From Carcharhinus longimanus (lineage: Eukaryota), in contig JASCQW010000105.1 of assembly GCA_030264375.1 (NCBI GenBank), positions 71,532,602 to 71,596,601 of the forward strand: a stretch of DNA of 64,000 nt, in the 5' to 3' direction. Shown in pieces: positions 1 through 12,699 of this stretch (position 1 is its first letter; each line of letters opens with the position of its first letter). Under the pieces are notes generated by a model, which had not been told where the DNA came from, did not search any database, and saw only the letters and a list, made by a program, of their open reading frames with translations. The translations under genes and the position numbers were made by a program.

Positions 1-234
1 CTCATACAAACTGACGTTAGTGGACTTTGCTTTGAATAGATTGCATAGAATGGTCTGAAATTCCAGGCCTCTTCACGACGTGCATGATATGTGGGTTACG
101 ATAGAACACAAAAACTCTGCAGTTCATTTGTCTGGGTCTAAATATCCCCATCATTTTGCTCACTTCTTTAAATGTTTTACCTAATTTTCACCTACGTGGT
201 ACCACATTGTCTGATTTCTGGGACACACTATTCC

Positions 235-960
235 AAAGATTCACAGGAATAGGTCATGTAAGCCCATCAAGCTGTATTGCCATTCAATGAAATCATGGTG
301 GATCTGTAATCTAACTATATACCTGTCTTTGTTCCATCTCCCTTAATACCATTGGTTAACAAAGTTTCAGTTACAAAATAATTGATCTAGCATCAACTGC
401 ATTTGCAGAAAAGAATTCCAAAATTCCACCACTTAAGAGCAGGTGAATTATCCCTGGTGTCCTGGTTAATATCTGTCCCTCAATCAGCATCACAAAAAAC
501 AGGTCATCACTTGGTCATTATCTTATTGCTATTTGTGGGAATTTGCTCAACATTAATGGCTGTTGATTTCTGCAACAGTGACTACACAATTCATTGGCTG
601 TAAAGTGCTTTGAGACATCCAATGGTTGTGGCAAACACCATTTAAATGCAGGTCCTTTTTTTCTTTACCGCTTGTGTGTGGAAGTGTTTCTCAGTTTCAT
701 TCAAGAAGGACTAACCTCTAATTTTTAATATTTGCCTCCTTGTCCTAGACCCCACAACAAGCAAATAGTTTCACTCCACTGACCCCATTTGTTCCCCCTG
801 ATATAATTAAAAATTTTGATCAAATTACAGCCTATTCTAAATTCCAAGGAATGCTAGATTATGCACTCTATCCTCGTAATTTAAACCTCGTAGTTCAGGT
901 ATCATTTTGGTATATTTACAATGCACTCTCAGGTGACTACTTTGATTGAAAAAATCTCTT
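235..960 (-). mobile_element. Old CR1 LINE 3' fragment, interrupted by a DeuSINE piece
   Basis: Minus ORF 837-1058 contains MIPELRGLNYEDRVHNL, typical of the CR1 RT C-terminus; CR1 3'-UTR-like end near 245-300. Confidence 0.7.
440..665 (+). mobile_element. SacSINE1-like DeuSINE, 3' part
   Basis: Aligns by eye with 19200-19400 (ttatccctggtgtcctggttaatat...tggtcattatc...aagtgctttgagacatcc...aaatgcaggtcctttt). Confidence 0.7.
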
Positions 961-1207
961 GTTGGAGGTATAGTGGGAAATGGATTTTGGAGAATCTGAG
1001 AGCACCAGGATGGGGCCAGGGAAATGGGTGTTGGGGTAATGTAAGAGGGTGCTGACAAGCCTGAGTGCGGCAGGGGAGGGAGGAGTTAGGATTGGGGTGG
1101 TGCCAACCAGCTTTCAAAACTGCTGCCTTCAAACCAGAACAGCCGCAAACCTGCAGAATCTGACCAACACATGGGCACATCTTGCCAGGGGGGCCTGTCC
1201 CAGGAAT

Positions 1208-1556
1208 GAGTGGCGGTATAGTGGTATTGCCACTAGATTAATAATCCAGTGACCCAGGGCAAGATCTGGGTTCGAATTTCAACATGGTAAATGGTGAAAT
1301 TTGATTTCAATATAAATCTGGAATTAAAAGTCTAATGATGATCATGAAACCATTGTTGATCGTCATTAAAAACCTATCTGGTTCACTAATATCCTTTAGG
1401 GAAGGAAATCTGCCACCTTACCTGATCTGGCCTACATGTGACTTCAGACCCACAGAAATGTGGTTGACTCTCAAATGCTGAATGAAATGAAGGACAGTTA
1501 GGGGTGGGCAATAAATGTTGAGTCAGTGATGCCCAGATCCCATAAATCAATAAGCA
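1208..1556 (+). mobile_element. tRNA-derived SINE with a LINE-derived tail
   Basis: A-box-like ggcggtatagtggta and B-box gggttcgaattt; body ggttcactaatatcctttagggaaggaaatctgcc; tail ggtgggcaataaatg...cccataaatcaataa matches the 3' end of the LINE at 10150-10240 and 35590-35650. Confidence 0.75.
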
Positions 1557-2313
1557 ATACACAAGGCTGAATTATAAGACTGTCCCATAAAGTCCAGGAT
1601 GGTAAGTTACCCTCGTGTACTCCCTCCCAGGCTAATATAGCCTCTCCAAGATGTAGTGTCAGGACTTTGTGTAGCCATACCAAAAAAAGACTTTAGACCT
1701 CTCACATTCTGATTCTGTAAATAAACAGACTAACTTTGCATTTAAACAAAGACGGCAAACCTCAGGATTAAAACAATGACCTCCAGATCTTCAGTCTAAA
1801 GTTCTCCCAACTGAGCTATTTTGATCAAATAATACTATCTACATTTAAGCTCTGTACACCTAATGGTTTAGTGGTAGCACTCTCACTTTTTGAATCAGAG
1901 GCTGAGACTTCAAAAGAAACAGAACATGCCATCAAGTTTGTAATTAGCCATCATACAGAAAACCACGCTTACTGCTTCCATCCCCTACAGATAGCATTAC
2001 TGTTACAACATCTGAAAAGTTGTGACTTCCAATCAGGGATTGAATTTAATTAAAAATGATAGTGTACTTTGCAATTAAATTCATACTACTTCAGCACTGT
2101 TTGCACACCTTGTCAGACAACAGGATACGAGAAAACTTGCACCAAATAAAGAGCCAAATTGAGTCTAACCACAGGCAGCATTAAAGACTGGATGTTTTTC
2201 AAACATGTTCAGACAATTTTTTAAATTTGTTTAGATTTAGTTATGCAGCAAAATACAGATTCATCTCGCAAAAGAACTGTAAATTCGTGCAGCAACATTT
2301 TATCTCTTTGCAG

Positions 2314-2438
2314 GTTGGCCAGAGTTAGTAGCACTGAAAGCCAGGAAGTATGCTCGGCTATCTGGTGTCAAAGTAATGGAAAGAAGTTACGATAAAGAAA
2401 AACTGAGCAAAATAGTGGATGTTGGTGGGATGGGATAG
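2314..2438 (+). CDS. Candidate terminal coding exon of an unidentified plus-strand gene
   Basis: Acceptor ttttatctctttgcag, then an open frame (G)WPELVALKARKYARLSGVKVMERSYDKEKLSKIVDVGGMG* in non-repetitive sequence. Confidence 0.4.
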
Positions 2439-2511
2439 TAAATTCCAAAACACTTCTCATGGGCTCCCTTCTTTCAGCTCATTGCAGCAATATTAGAGCA
2501 ATTCTACTCAC

Positions 2512-2548
2512 GTGGATAGTGTAAAAACTTTCATTTTATAAACAGCTC
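2512..2548 (-). CDS. Candidate 37-nt internal exon
   Basis: Acceptor ctttttcatttcatatgttttaaattgtcag, donor GTGAGT; the only open frame is (G)AVYKMKVFTLS. Confidence 0.35.
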
Positions 2549-2744
2549 CTGACAATTTAAAACATATGAAATGAAAAAGATTAGTTTTATTCAAAGTTAG
2601 GAATAGACCATGAAGAGCTAAAATGAGAGACAGTAATCAAAATTAAATACTCCTTTTCCTCACATACTGGGAGGATGACAGTATTCTAAACTGTCTACAA
2701 GAATACCAGATGAGTATAAAGAACTAAAGTTTTAATGTTTTAAA

Positions 2745-3001
2745 GTGGGGGTGGCATAGTAGTTAGCATTGCTGTCTCAGTGCCAGGGACCTGGGTTAAG
2801 TTCCTAGCTTGGGTCATTGTCTGTGCAGAGTCTGCACGTTTTCCTCCCACTTTCCTAAAGACTTGCTGGTTAGGTGCATTGGCCATGCTGAATCGTCACT
2901 CAGTGTACCTGAACAGGCTCCGGAGTTGGCAACTTGGGGATTTTCACAGTAACTTCATTCAGTGTCAATGCAAGCCTATTTGTGGCACTAATAAACTTTA
3001 A
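2745..3001 (+). mobile_element. HE1-headed SINE, gtgacactaataaa-tail subtype
   Basis: tRNA head ggtggcatagtagttagcattgctgtctcag...gacctgggtt; V-domain-like tgtgcagagtctgcacgtt; tail gggattttcacagtaacttcattcagtgtcaatgcaagcct...ctaataaa. Confidence 0.85.
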
Positions 3002-3009
3002 CGAGTACT

Positions 3010-3225
3010 TTCCTGCCCTGAGAGGGAGTGTGGGGAATCTATTATGTCCACCTGAGGTAGAAAAAAAGGCTTTGATTTATATCTCATCCAAAAGCACTCC
3101 CTCAGTACTACACAGCATTACCAATCTAGATTATATTCTTAAATCCCAGAAGTGGAGTTTGAAACCCACAACTCAGGAGTGAGAATGCATCCAACTGTGC
3201 CAAAACTGACACCTAGAATTAATTC
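3010..3225 (-). mobile_element. DeuSINE 5' part
   Basis: Reverse complement has B-box gtgggtttcaaactccac and tagtactgagggagtgct, matching 19030-19150. Confidence 0.6.
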
Positions 3226-4114
3226 TTAGCGTGCCAACGCATGCAAGATGGCCCAGCTTGGAAAAATGCTCAGCATCTACTCTGTAACTGGTTTCCTTAA
3301 CTTGTAAATTTAGGGAGCAATATTGGTCTTACTTTTAGAAACTAAACATTAGAGAAGATAAAAACTTATTGCAAATACAAAGAACGTGCTTAACTCCCAG
3401 CCAGCTGGCCAGTCAAGATGTTTGTGATGATTTGCTCATCCAGACATAACTGTTTGAACAAATGAGCTGTCTGAGCTCATAATGCATGTTATTTTGATAG
3501 ACAAATTTCAAAGCTTTTCATCAACCTCCTAATTATCTATGCCCCTGGCGGGTCAGTTTATTGGTTGTAAAACAAACTATTTCATTACTACAGACAGTAT
3601 ACCATTTGAGCTCCTGACGTACAGTCACGCAAACAAATGGGCTTTCAAAACATTGTCACAATCATGTTAACTTACATGGCTTAATTAAAAACGATTCAAG
3701 AAAAAAACTTTCTACAGGAAGTTAATTCTGAAAGAATACTTTAAATTAAGCACTTGGAGAACTGTACATGCAAATACATTCAATTTACTCACCAATANNN
3801 NNNNNNNNNNNNAAAAAGTAGCACAGGGCAGTGAAAGTCTTAACATGAAATGTGGACCGAGCAACATTTTGTATTGCTTTCCACAGTAAGTTACAGGCAA
3901 TAATAATTGATAATTCCTTCTAGTCTCTGGTTCTTGCAACTGTTTTCTGTAACATAAACTGTTACAGGACATTTCTGCTATCATATTCAGTTAACATTCA
4001 CACAAATTCAAAAATCCTATTTAGAATAAAAGCAGAAGTGTGCAGCACAAGAAGCTGCAAAGATTGTAATAACCAAGCTGTTTTATAAGTAAAAGACACC
4101 TGATGTTTGGTTAC

Positions 4115-4161
4115 CTGCAGATCAGTTTGATTCGAGATGGGTCATTCTTGGCGTTCACATT
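4115..4161 (-). CDS. Candidate 47-nt internal exon (NVNAKNDPSRIKLIC)
   Basis: Acceptor atgctttactag, donor CAG|GTAAC; one open frame; CpGs retained in unique sequence. Confidence 0.45.
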
Positions 4162-4929
4162 CTAGTAAAGCATTCAGAGTAATAATAAGGAAAATTTAAA
4201 TTACTTTCCACCTTGATTCACATGATGAATTTATGAAACCCAAGTGCAACATCTGAAGCATAGAAAGTTGATGGGTTGGTACAAGAAAACCATCAAGGTA
4301 AAATTTTGTTTGCATGCTTGTTCACCTTCAAGATTTTAAGAAATTAGTCCACGTAAAAATCTGCTCACTGCACAGGGCTTCTGGGATATAATTGAAAGTC
4401 CCGCATCTACCCAAGCACCCTCAGTTTTCCAGCATGTGCGTCACATCAGGAAGTACGATTTCAAGAGTGCCACATGTTTGAGAGATATCGACTAAGGCAC
4501 AGAGCATACAAAAGCCATGGTTAACAAGTTAACAGGCAAATTAGTTTTGGGTCAAACATCTGGCTAGCTAAACGCAAATAAATTAAAAGTAGCAAAAATT
4601 ACTGATGAATGATTTTCTGTGCATTTGGTTTCTAACTCAAGAATATTTTCCAGAATCTGTTGTAATTTAGGGAAGCAACTATCTTTGCAAATCAAAAAAT
4701 ATTACTATCTGCCTTGAGTAAATAGCTTTCTATAACTATTAGTTTTATACGGCATTAGGGTAACACATACACTGGAGTTTGTTACATCAAACCAAAGCAC
4801 AGATAAAAACATTAGGATTGATGGAGTTGTCCTTCATTATTTTCATTTGTTACTCCACCAGTTCTGAAGGCAGATATGTCCCGAGGCCAAATAGTACACC
4901 ATCACTGCTTCACAAACTGACATTAGCTT

Positions 4930-5490
4930 AATCAATACAAAGCAAAATTTCAGCCTTGCCTACTCATTAGCTGCTGCCAGACTCATTCATGCCCTTGTTA
5001 CCTTTAGATTTGGCTTTTCCAACACATTTCTAGCCTGCCTTTTACATTCTTCCTTCCATAAGCCTGATAGCATCCAAAACATTGCTGCTCATGTTCTTGC
5101 TCGCAACAAGTTGTGTTCACCCATAACTGCTATACCCTCTGACCAAGTTAAGCAATGCCTCAATTTTTAAATTCTCATCCTCGTTATCAAAAACCTCCAT
5201 AGCCTCACACTCTCAACCTCTGTAATCTCTTCCAGCCCCTCAACCTAGAGACATCTCTGTTTCTGTTTCTCTGGCCGCACACGCACTCCAATTATAATTG
5301 CTCCACTGATAGTCAAGTCTTCAGTGGTTAAAGTCCTAAACTCTACTCTTCCATCCTGAAATCTTTTCGCCCTTCTACCTTATCAACCACTACATCATCT
5401 TCTGTGGCTCATTATCAAATAGTGCTTTATAATGCTCATGTGATGTGCTATATTACCTTTAAGGCCCCATATGTGTGCAAGTCCTGGTTG
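4930..5490 (+). mobile_element. L2 LINE 3' fragment
   Basis: ctcattcatgcccttgttacctttagatt... (LIHALVTSRLDY-like) and catccaaaacattgctgctc (IQNxAA) motifs, plus an L2-like tail. Confidence 0.75.
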
Positions 5491-8127
5491 AGTGCAAGTG
5501 CTGACATCTAATCAACTCCTGGAATATTTGAGCCAAGACAAAACAGTATGCTAATCTAAAATTAAAAACTTTTTTTAATTGAAGTTACAATAAGTTAGTT
5601 GTTCGACCACCTACTTCCCCACTTGGTACCCAATGTTTTTTTCCAGTCAGGGTGACTGCCAATGCCTTTGCGAAAAAGGAGATACCTGCCATCAACTGGT
5701 TAAATGCACGTTTAAGACTAATGACAGGAAGTACTTCATACATAACTGAAAGGCCATTCCATAAATTAAGTATTGGGGCCAGCAGTTCAGGAATTATTCC
5801 CAGGCATTGGATCATGGGAAGCGACTGAAAAGATGATCAAAACTTTCCACACATGGGGGAATTAGAATGGTTTCATACAAATACTTTTGGGAAAACAGAA
5901 TTCTTGGCTCTTTAAATATACTACTGGCTTGTGTCAGTTCACGCAACATATCTTTGATTTTTAACAATGCTGTCCCATAACTATTTGGTAGCAGAATCCA
6001 AGTGCAAGAAATACAAAAGAAGCAGGATTTATGGTTTTTCTAAACTACATATTATTTGGAGATTACATCCTTTGAGACTGTCTGTCCACTCTGAATCAGT
6101 CCCACCACAGCATAAATTCTCTCGGGAAAAGGTTTCATGCCAATTCAGATCAGGTGCAATGCACTACACAAGCCAGAGCAGGGCTGACTATATCTGATCC
6201 ATGATGTGATCAGAGTCCCAATTATACTACCTATTATGGAATAGAGCTGTTCTGTGAAAGCAAAATTGCATGTTGGGCATATTGCTGATCTCATGCTAAA
6301 ATCTCCTTAATGTGTGATAAAACATTAAATTCTTTATCATTGGCGAATATAGAACGAAGGTAGCGTTTGTATCTTGTGCTGTAAATATCGTATAAATGAT
6401 ACCTGGATTTTGATCAAACTGTTCTTTGTACTATCAAGAAAGTAGATGCAGGGAAGAAATTTTCACAAATGCTGGTAGTGCCCAAAAGTTCTCGTAGTGC
6501 AGTTACTCAACAGGAGTGGAAATGATAAAGGGAATGGCTCCACAATCCATAAATACTGCACTCAGATTAAACCATGCCAAACATAGACAAAGTCGAACAA
6601 AAACAGTCACTATAATTGATATGTCAAATCTCAACCTACTCTTCTTGGATCAAAACTACCTGCTAATTCACTATTAAGACCCAACTTTTCACTTAGCTCA
6701 GTATTTATGTCATCTTATTCCATTTATTGGATAATTCATTCAATAATGGGTATTGGGTATAAAAATCAGATTAGAGCGTACAAAAGAAAATGCAGCAAAA
6801 TTCAACAATGGAATTTTACAGGATTACAAAATCCTTTACATAGACATTGGTATAATCAATTCAACAGCACAAATCACAAAGTTCAAGGTTTCTGATGTGG
6901 CTCCTCACAGATTTTTTTTTTCAGTACTGCAGCAAAAATTACTGCATCATAAATAACCAGCTTGTACCGTAACTAATCAGTTTGACATTTATTCAGATGA
7001 TCTAACCCCAAATTTCTACATTTGACACAAAACCTATGGGCTTTTCTTTTAAAGGATGCACAGTTCATTTTTTTTTGCAAGTTACTTTGCTGCAATCTTA
7101 TCAGTCATCCATATACCACTCGGTTTCCTACACAAGGTAACAAGCAGGCTTTGGCCCATAATTTGCCCAACTTGGACATCACACAGTGTTCTACATTAGT
7201 TAGATTTTATTCTTCACCCAGTTTGAAATTATTCTGCAAAGTAAATTGGAGGAGATATGAACTTATAAAAGAGCAACAGGACATCTGGGACCTTGGTGAA
7301 TGAATAGTCCAACTTTTTAAGATGAGATTTAAGGATAGAGAAAGAAACAGAGGAACAACAGAGAAGGGAATAGGTTGATGGAGCCAAATTACATTCAGAA
7401 AATGAAATAAAGAGGGAAGAAAAACTGCATAGAAATACAGGAGAGAAGAGACAAAGGAAAAGCAATAGGAATATTTAAAATTTAAAAGGTTTGATAATCA
7501 TTTACAATCTGCAGGAACAAGTCCACAGAAAGATTGAAGAACATTGCAAGATCATAAATCTAATTATTAGAAGTTCCCTTACTTTGAGGTGATGTTAATT
7601 CATTTCAACAGTGCAAATGCAGCACTTTTTCACACAAGGTTGATGGCAAACTCCTGCTTTTGCAAAGTCAAAGCGGAGCAGTGTAAAATGACCAGCAACA
7701 AATAACTCGTGTTTCTCATGGCCTCTCTCTTCTTCCCAACAAATTATTAGAAAATTTACAAACAAACAGTGAACACCATACTGAGCCATTGTACTCTCCG
7801 ATCTCAGTGGCTCAGAATGTGTTAGGTAATGTGTTATGGGGACAAGTGTATTTCATCTCATTTCAACCCAACTTTTCTCTATATTATGTGGATTCCCCAC
7901 ACATCCCACGACTGAAGAATTTGCAAACTTTCTCTGTGGGAAACAGTGCCGTGCCACAAGACTTTCCCTTTATTTCTACTGTCACCCAGTTCCCTGATTC
8001 ACAATTAACAATACACCAGAATATCAACAATGGTACAACTACTGTCACAAATGATGATGGATTTTTGTTTGGGGCGGGGGTAGCAATGTAATTGCTTTGG
8101 TGCTTTAGTTTGAACTTAGAATAGTTC

Positions 8128-8210
8128 AGGACACAACAGTGGTTAGCACTGCTGCCTCACAGCATCAGGGACCCAGGTTCGATTCCAGGCTTGGGTCACT
8201 GCAGAGTCTG
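8128..8210 (+). mobile_element. HE1 SINE head
   Basis: cagtggttagcactgctgcctcacagc...ccaggttcgattcc (Pol III A and B boxes). Confidence 0.85.
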
Positions 8211-9625
8211 CAAGTTCTCCCCACATTGGGTTATGAGGAAAGATTGGGTAAACTGGGGCTCTTCTCCTTAGAAAGATGGAGATTAAGGGGGGATCTGATA
8301 GAGGTGTATAAAATAATGAAGGGTATAGATAGAGTCAACAGTGGCAGGCTTTTTNNNNNNNNNNNNNNNNNNNNNNNNNNNNNNNNNNNNNNNNNNNNNN
8401 NNNNNNNNNNNNNNNNNNNNNNNNNNNNNNNNNNNNNNNNNNNNNNNNNNNNNNTTTTTTGAAGAGGTGACGAAGAAAATTGATGAGGGAAGGGCTGTGG
8501 AGATAGTTTATATGGACTTTAGTAAGGTGTTTGAGAAGGTCCCACATGGCAGATTGATACAAAAACCAAATTCACATGGGATTCAAGGTGGGCTGGCTAG
8601 ATAGATCCAGACTGGCTTGATCATACAGAGACTAGTGGTGGAGGGATGTTTTTCAGAATGGAGATCTGTAGCTAGTGGTGTTCTGCAGGAATCAGTCCTA
8701 GAATCTCTGTTGTTTGTATATATAAAAATGATGTGGAGGAAAATGTGGATGGTCTGATTTGTAAGTTTGTGGATGACACAAAGATTGGCAAAGTTGTTGA
8801 TACAAAGTTGTCAGACGGTATAACAGGATATAGATAGATTGGAAACTCAGGCACAGAAATGGTGGATGGAGTTTAATCTGGACTAATGTGAGCTGATGCA
8901 TTTTCGAGGATCAAATTTAGGTAAGAATTGTACTGTAAATGGCAGAACATATCGAGGAATCTGGGTGTGCAGGTCCACAGTTCCCTAAAAGTGGCAACAC
9001 AGGTGGCCAAGGTGATTAAGAAGGCATATGGCATTAAGTACAGGAGTTGGGAAATCATGTTGCAGCTATATAAAACTTTGGTTAGGTCGCATTTGGAGTA
9101 TTGCATGCAATTCTGGTCATCATACTGCAGAAGGACATTAAAGCTTTGGAGTGAGTGCAAAGAAAGTTCACCAGGATGTTGCCTGGTCTCAAGGGTGTTG
9201 GCTATGAGGAGAGGTTGAATAAACCAGGATTGTTTTAACAGGAAAGACAGAGGCTGAGGGGAAACTTAATAGAGGTCTACAAAATTATGATAAGCATAGA
9301 TAGGGTGGTTAGTTAGAGGCTTATTCCCAGGATGGAAGAGCCAATTACAAGGGGGCACAGGTTCAAGGTGAGCTGAGGAGGTTTTTCAAGCAGAGAGTGG
9401 TGGGTACCTGGAATATGCTGCCAGAGGAAGTGGTGAAAGCAGACACATTAGCAACATTTAAAAGGCATCTGGATGGGTAAATGAATAAGAAGGGAATACA
9501 GGGATGCGGACCGAGTAAGGACAGAAGATTTTCTTATAGTTTAGTTAAGGCATCATGACCAGCAAGGGTTTGGAGGGGCCAAAGGGCCTGTTCCTGTCCT
9601 GTACTTTTCTTTGTTCTTTGTTCCT
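8205..9625 (+). mobile_element. CR1/HER1 LINE fragments (two pieces across a gap)
   Basis: LGYEERLGKLGLFSLERWRLRGDLIEVYK; VYMDFSKVFEKVPHGRL; LYKTLVRSHLEYC; 3' end gggccaaagggcctgttcctg...ttctttgttc. Confidence 0.95.
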
Positions 9626-9689
9626 TATAGGGATTCTCTGATTCTGCTGCTTTTACTCAGAAACAGATCATTTTGTGCTTCAAACTCTA

Positions 9690-10020
9690 CAATTTCATTC
9701 CCTTCACCATTGCCACATTTTGGCTGCAGTGTGTTCCATCTACACATTGCAAGCAGCAACACACCAAGGTTTCTTTGTCAGTGTCTCTCAAACCCACAAT
9801 CTCTATTATTTATAAGAATCAGGGAAGTAGTACATTGGAACACCACCATCTCCAAGGCCATCTCTAAGTTCATACCATCCTCACTTGGAAATATATTGCC
9901 TTGTTTCTTCATTGTTCCTGGGTCAAAATCCTGAAACTTCATATGTAACAACACCCCATATGTGCCTTCACCACATTCATGCTGTCTTGCCAGCAATGCC
10001 CATATCCCATGAAAGAGTAA
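9690..10020 (+). mobile_element. CR1-group (Crack/Daphne-like) LINE 3' fragment
   Basis: ccatctacacattgcaagcagcaacacaccaagg...ggaacaccacca...ttcattgttcctgggtcaaaatcctgaaac; inverse match to 10250-10520. Confidence 0.75.
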
Positions 10021-10149
10021 ATCTATACCAGTTTGTTTGACTCTAAAGCTCACCATGTGTGAATCCATTCCTATCCTCAGTGAATATCAATATTTTCTAG
10101 CAAGAGTCACTTGACTTGACCAAGACACTGAGGTCAATTGAATTAGTCC

Positions 10150-10845
10150 ATTTGTTTTGTTTTATTCTTTCATAGAATGTGAGCATCAATGGCTAGGCTA
10201 AGTTTTTATTACCCTGCCCTAATTGCCCTTGAGAGGGTGGTGTTGAGCTGTCTTCTTGAACCATGGCAGTCCATGTGATGTAAGTACACCTACAGTCCTT
10301 TTAGGAAGGGAGCTCAGGATTTTAACCTAGCAATAGTGAATGAACAGGGTTATAGTTCCATATCAGGAGGATGTGTGGCTTGGGAGGGGAATTTGCAGTT
10401 GGTGGTGTACCTATGCATTTGCTTCTCTTGTCCTTCCGGGTAATAGAAGGCCTTGGTGAGTTGCTGTTGTGCATCTTGTAGATAGTATATCCTATTGCCA
10501 CTGTACATTAATGATAGAGGGATGAATTTTGAAAATGGAGGATGAGGGGCCCTGGATTGTGTTGCTTCTCTTGTGTATTGTTGGAACTGCACTCATCCAG
10601 GCAAGTGGAGAGTATTCCATCACATTCCTGACTTCTGCGTTGTAGGTGGTGGGCAGGTTTTGGGGTGTTAGGAAGTGAGTTACTCGCCATAGACCTACTC
10701 TTGTAGCCACAGTATTTATGTGGCTAGTCTAGTTTAGTTTCCAGCTAATGGTAACCCCGAGCATGTTGATAGTGGGGGATTCAGCAATGGTAATGCCATT
10801 GATTGTCAAGGGGTGATGTTGGAGATAATCATCGCCTGGTCCTAA
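10150..10845 (-). mobile_element. CR1-group (Crack/Daphne-like) LINE 3' fragment
   Basis: Minus ORF TYNAEVRNVMEYSPLAWMSA (YKAQVRSVMEY-type RT C-terminus); same family as 35590-36275. Confidence 0.85.
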
Positions 10846-10854
10846 TATTTAATA

Positions 10855-11065
10855 TTATCAAAAGTAGGCTTACATTAACACTGCAATGAAGTTACTGTGA
10901 AAATCCCCTAGTTGCCACACTCCAGCACCTGTTTGGGTCATTGCACCTAACCAGCATGTTTTTCAGGTGGGAAGGAAACCCACGGAGACACGAGGACAAT
11001 GTGCAAACTCCACAGTGACCCAAGCTGGATATTGAACCCAGGTCCCTAGCATTGAGGCAGCCTAC
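10855..11065 (-). mobile_element. HE1-headed SINE
   Basis: gtaggcttacattaacactgcaatgaagttactgtgaaaatcccc...tgcaaactccac...gaacccaggtccct. Confidence 0.85.
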
Positions 11066-11679
11066 CAGAAAGGGGTAGCTCCCACAAATAATGGAACTGC
11101 TCAAAACAACAAAGTGGAAAGGAAACTTAAAACATGAAATTAAAATGTGATTAAAGGGGTCCATAATATACCCCTGTCATTGCAGTGTCCAGCAGGCATG
11201 CAAGGTGTTAATGGTACTGGGCTAATTACCAATCCCCAGGGAGCTTGTTTTTAAGTCCAACTGGGAGGTCAGTGAGTGATTTCCCCACTTGGATTATGGG
11301 GGGGATTAAAACGTTCAGTAATTTTCCAATTTTAGCAGCACGGGTGGAAAAAATGACTTTGTCCAGCTAGTGAATATAACATGCATTTTATCTTTCCCAT
11401 CTTGACTGTGACACATGCAATTAAATAAAATGAAATTCTAATTATCCTGCATCACTATGACAAATGCTTATATTTATGAAACAAAAGCTTGAATGTAAAA
11501 TACATGGAACTAATTTGAGATGCAGTGGCAGTTATTGTAAAGGAACAATCATTTTGATTTAATAAATTCACCCAGACAACAGTGACTAGTTAACTTGCTG
11601 GAATAGCACATATATAATCCAAAATTCCTCCAATGTAGCATTTGCCTAGTATTAAGTCCGATTTACTCATTTTTGACAA

Positions 11680-12110
11680 AAAAAAGAACAATACAGCACC
11701 AGAACAGACCCTTCGTCCCACGATGTTGTGCCAACCATGACACCAAGTTAAACTTGATCCCTTCTGCATACCCTTAATCCAAAGAACAAAGTACAACACA
11801 GCATGGGAAACAGGCCCTTCGGCCCAACGATCCCGCACCGCCATCTTAACAGTGTTTTTCCTCCTCCATCCTTGACCCATGTCTATGCTTATGGTACCCC
11901 CATTGGAAACCAGATTAAGGGGAGAATAATTTAGGGATTTTTTGTTGATTTTGTTGCCCCCATCGGTGTGGAGGACCTTGCTGAAATCCATATGAACTGC
12001 ATCAATTGTACTATCCTCATCTAAACACTTGATCAGTTTTGAAAAATTCTATCACATTTGTTAGGCATGACCTCCCTCTAACAAAGCCATGCTGGCTATC
12101 CCTGAAAGGG
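11680..12110 (-). mobile_element. CR1 remnant with a nested SINE (~11782-11965)
   Basis: Two CR1-type 3' ends (11685, 11785); MDFSKV motif at 11975-11991; the nested segment matches 12700-12884 inverted. Confidence 0.75.
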
Positions 12111-12699
12111 TGAATAACCACGCAAATTTAAAATTCACATCAGCAGCTACGAAAGAAACCAGAAACCATTAAAGCTGTCACAGATAAGTGTCAAGGCTCT
12201 TAGTCTGAGAGAACTCATTAAATCTGATATCTGGACATGGGAGGGGTGATTGATATCCACAGACACAAACTGGGACATCAATCAGAACTTGTTACACGAA
12301 TGAATTAGATTAGCAAACATGATTAAGTCTTCACACTGATTGGATATTATAATCAAGCAAACACATGATGGTAGTGATTGGTGCTTATCATTTGTATCTT
12401 ACGCATGATGTAATGTTAAACAATAGTTGTGAGTGGATTGTGATAGCTCCTATAACTTGATTAGTATATATCAATTACTTGTAATTGAATCTGAAACTAT
12501 GTTTATTTGTATATTCCTGAATTCTGCACTCAGGCTGGCCGGAGAGGACCTTCCAGAATTCTATAGCTATAGAATAACCACCATTGAGAAACACTCCGAC
12601 TTTATCTGGCTACTTGAAGGGAACAAAATAGTGCAAAAACTAACAGGCAGAATATCAAAGAAAGCCCTGCAACAATCCCTAATCAACCCAAAGATGTGC

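Noticed and set aside
4115-4161. Alternative frame with a single TGA (ECERQE*PISNQ) as selenocysteine
   Set aside because: No redox motif or SECIS evidence; another frame is fully open
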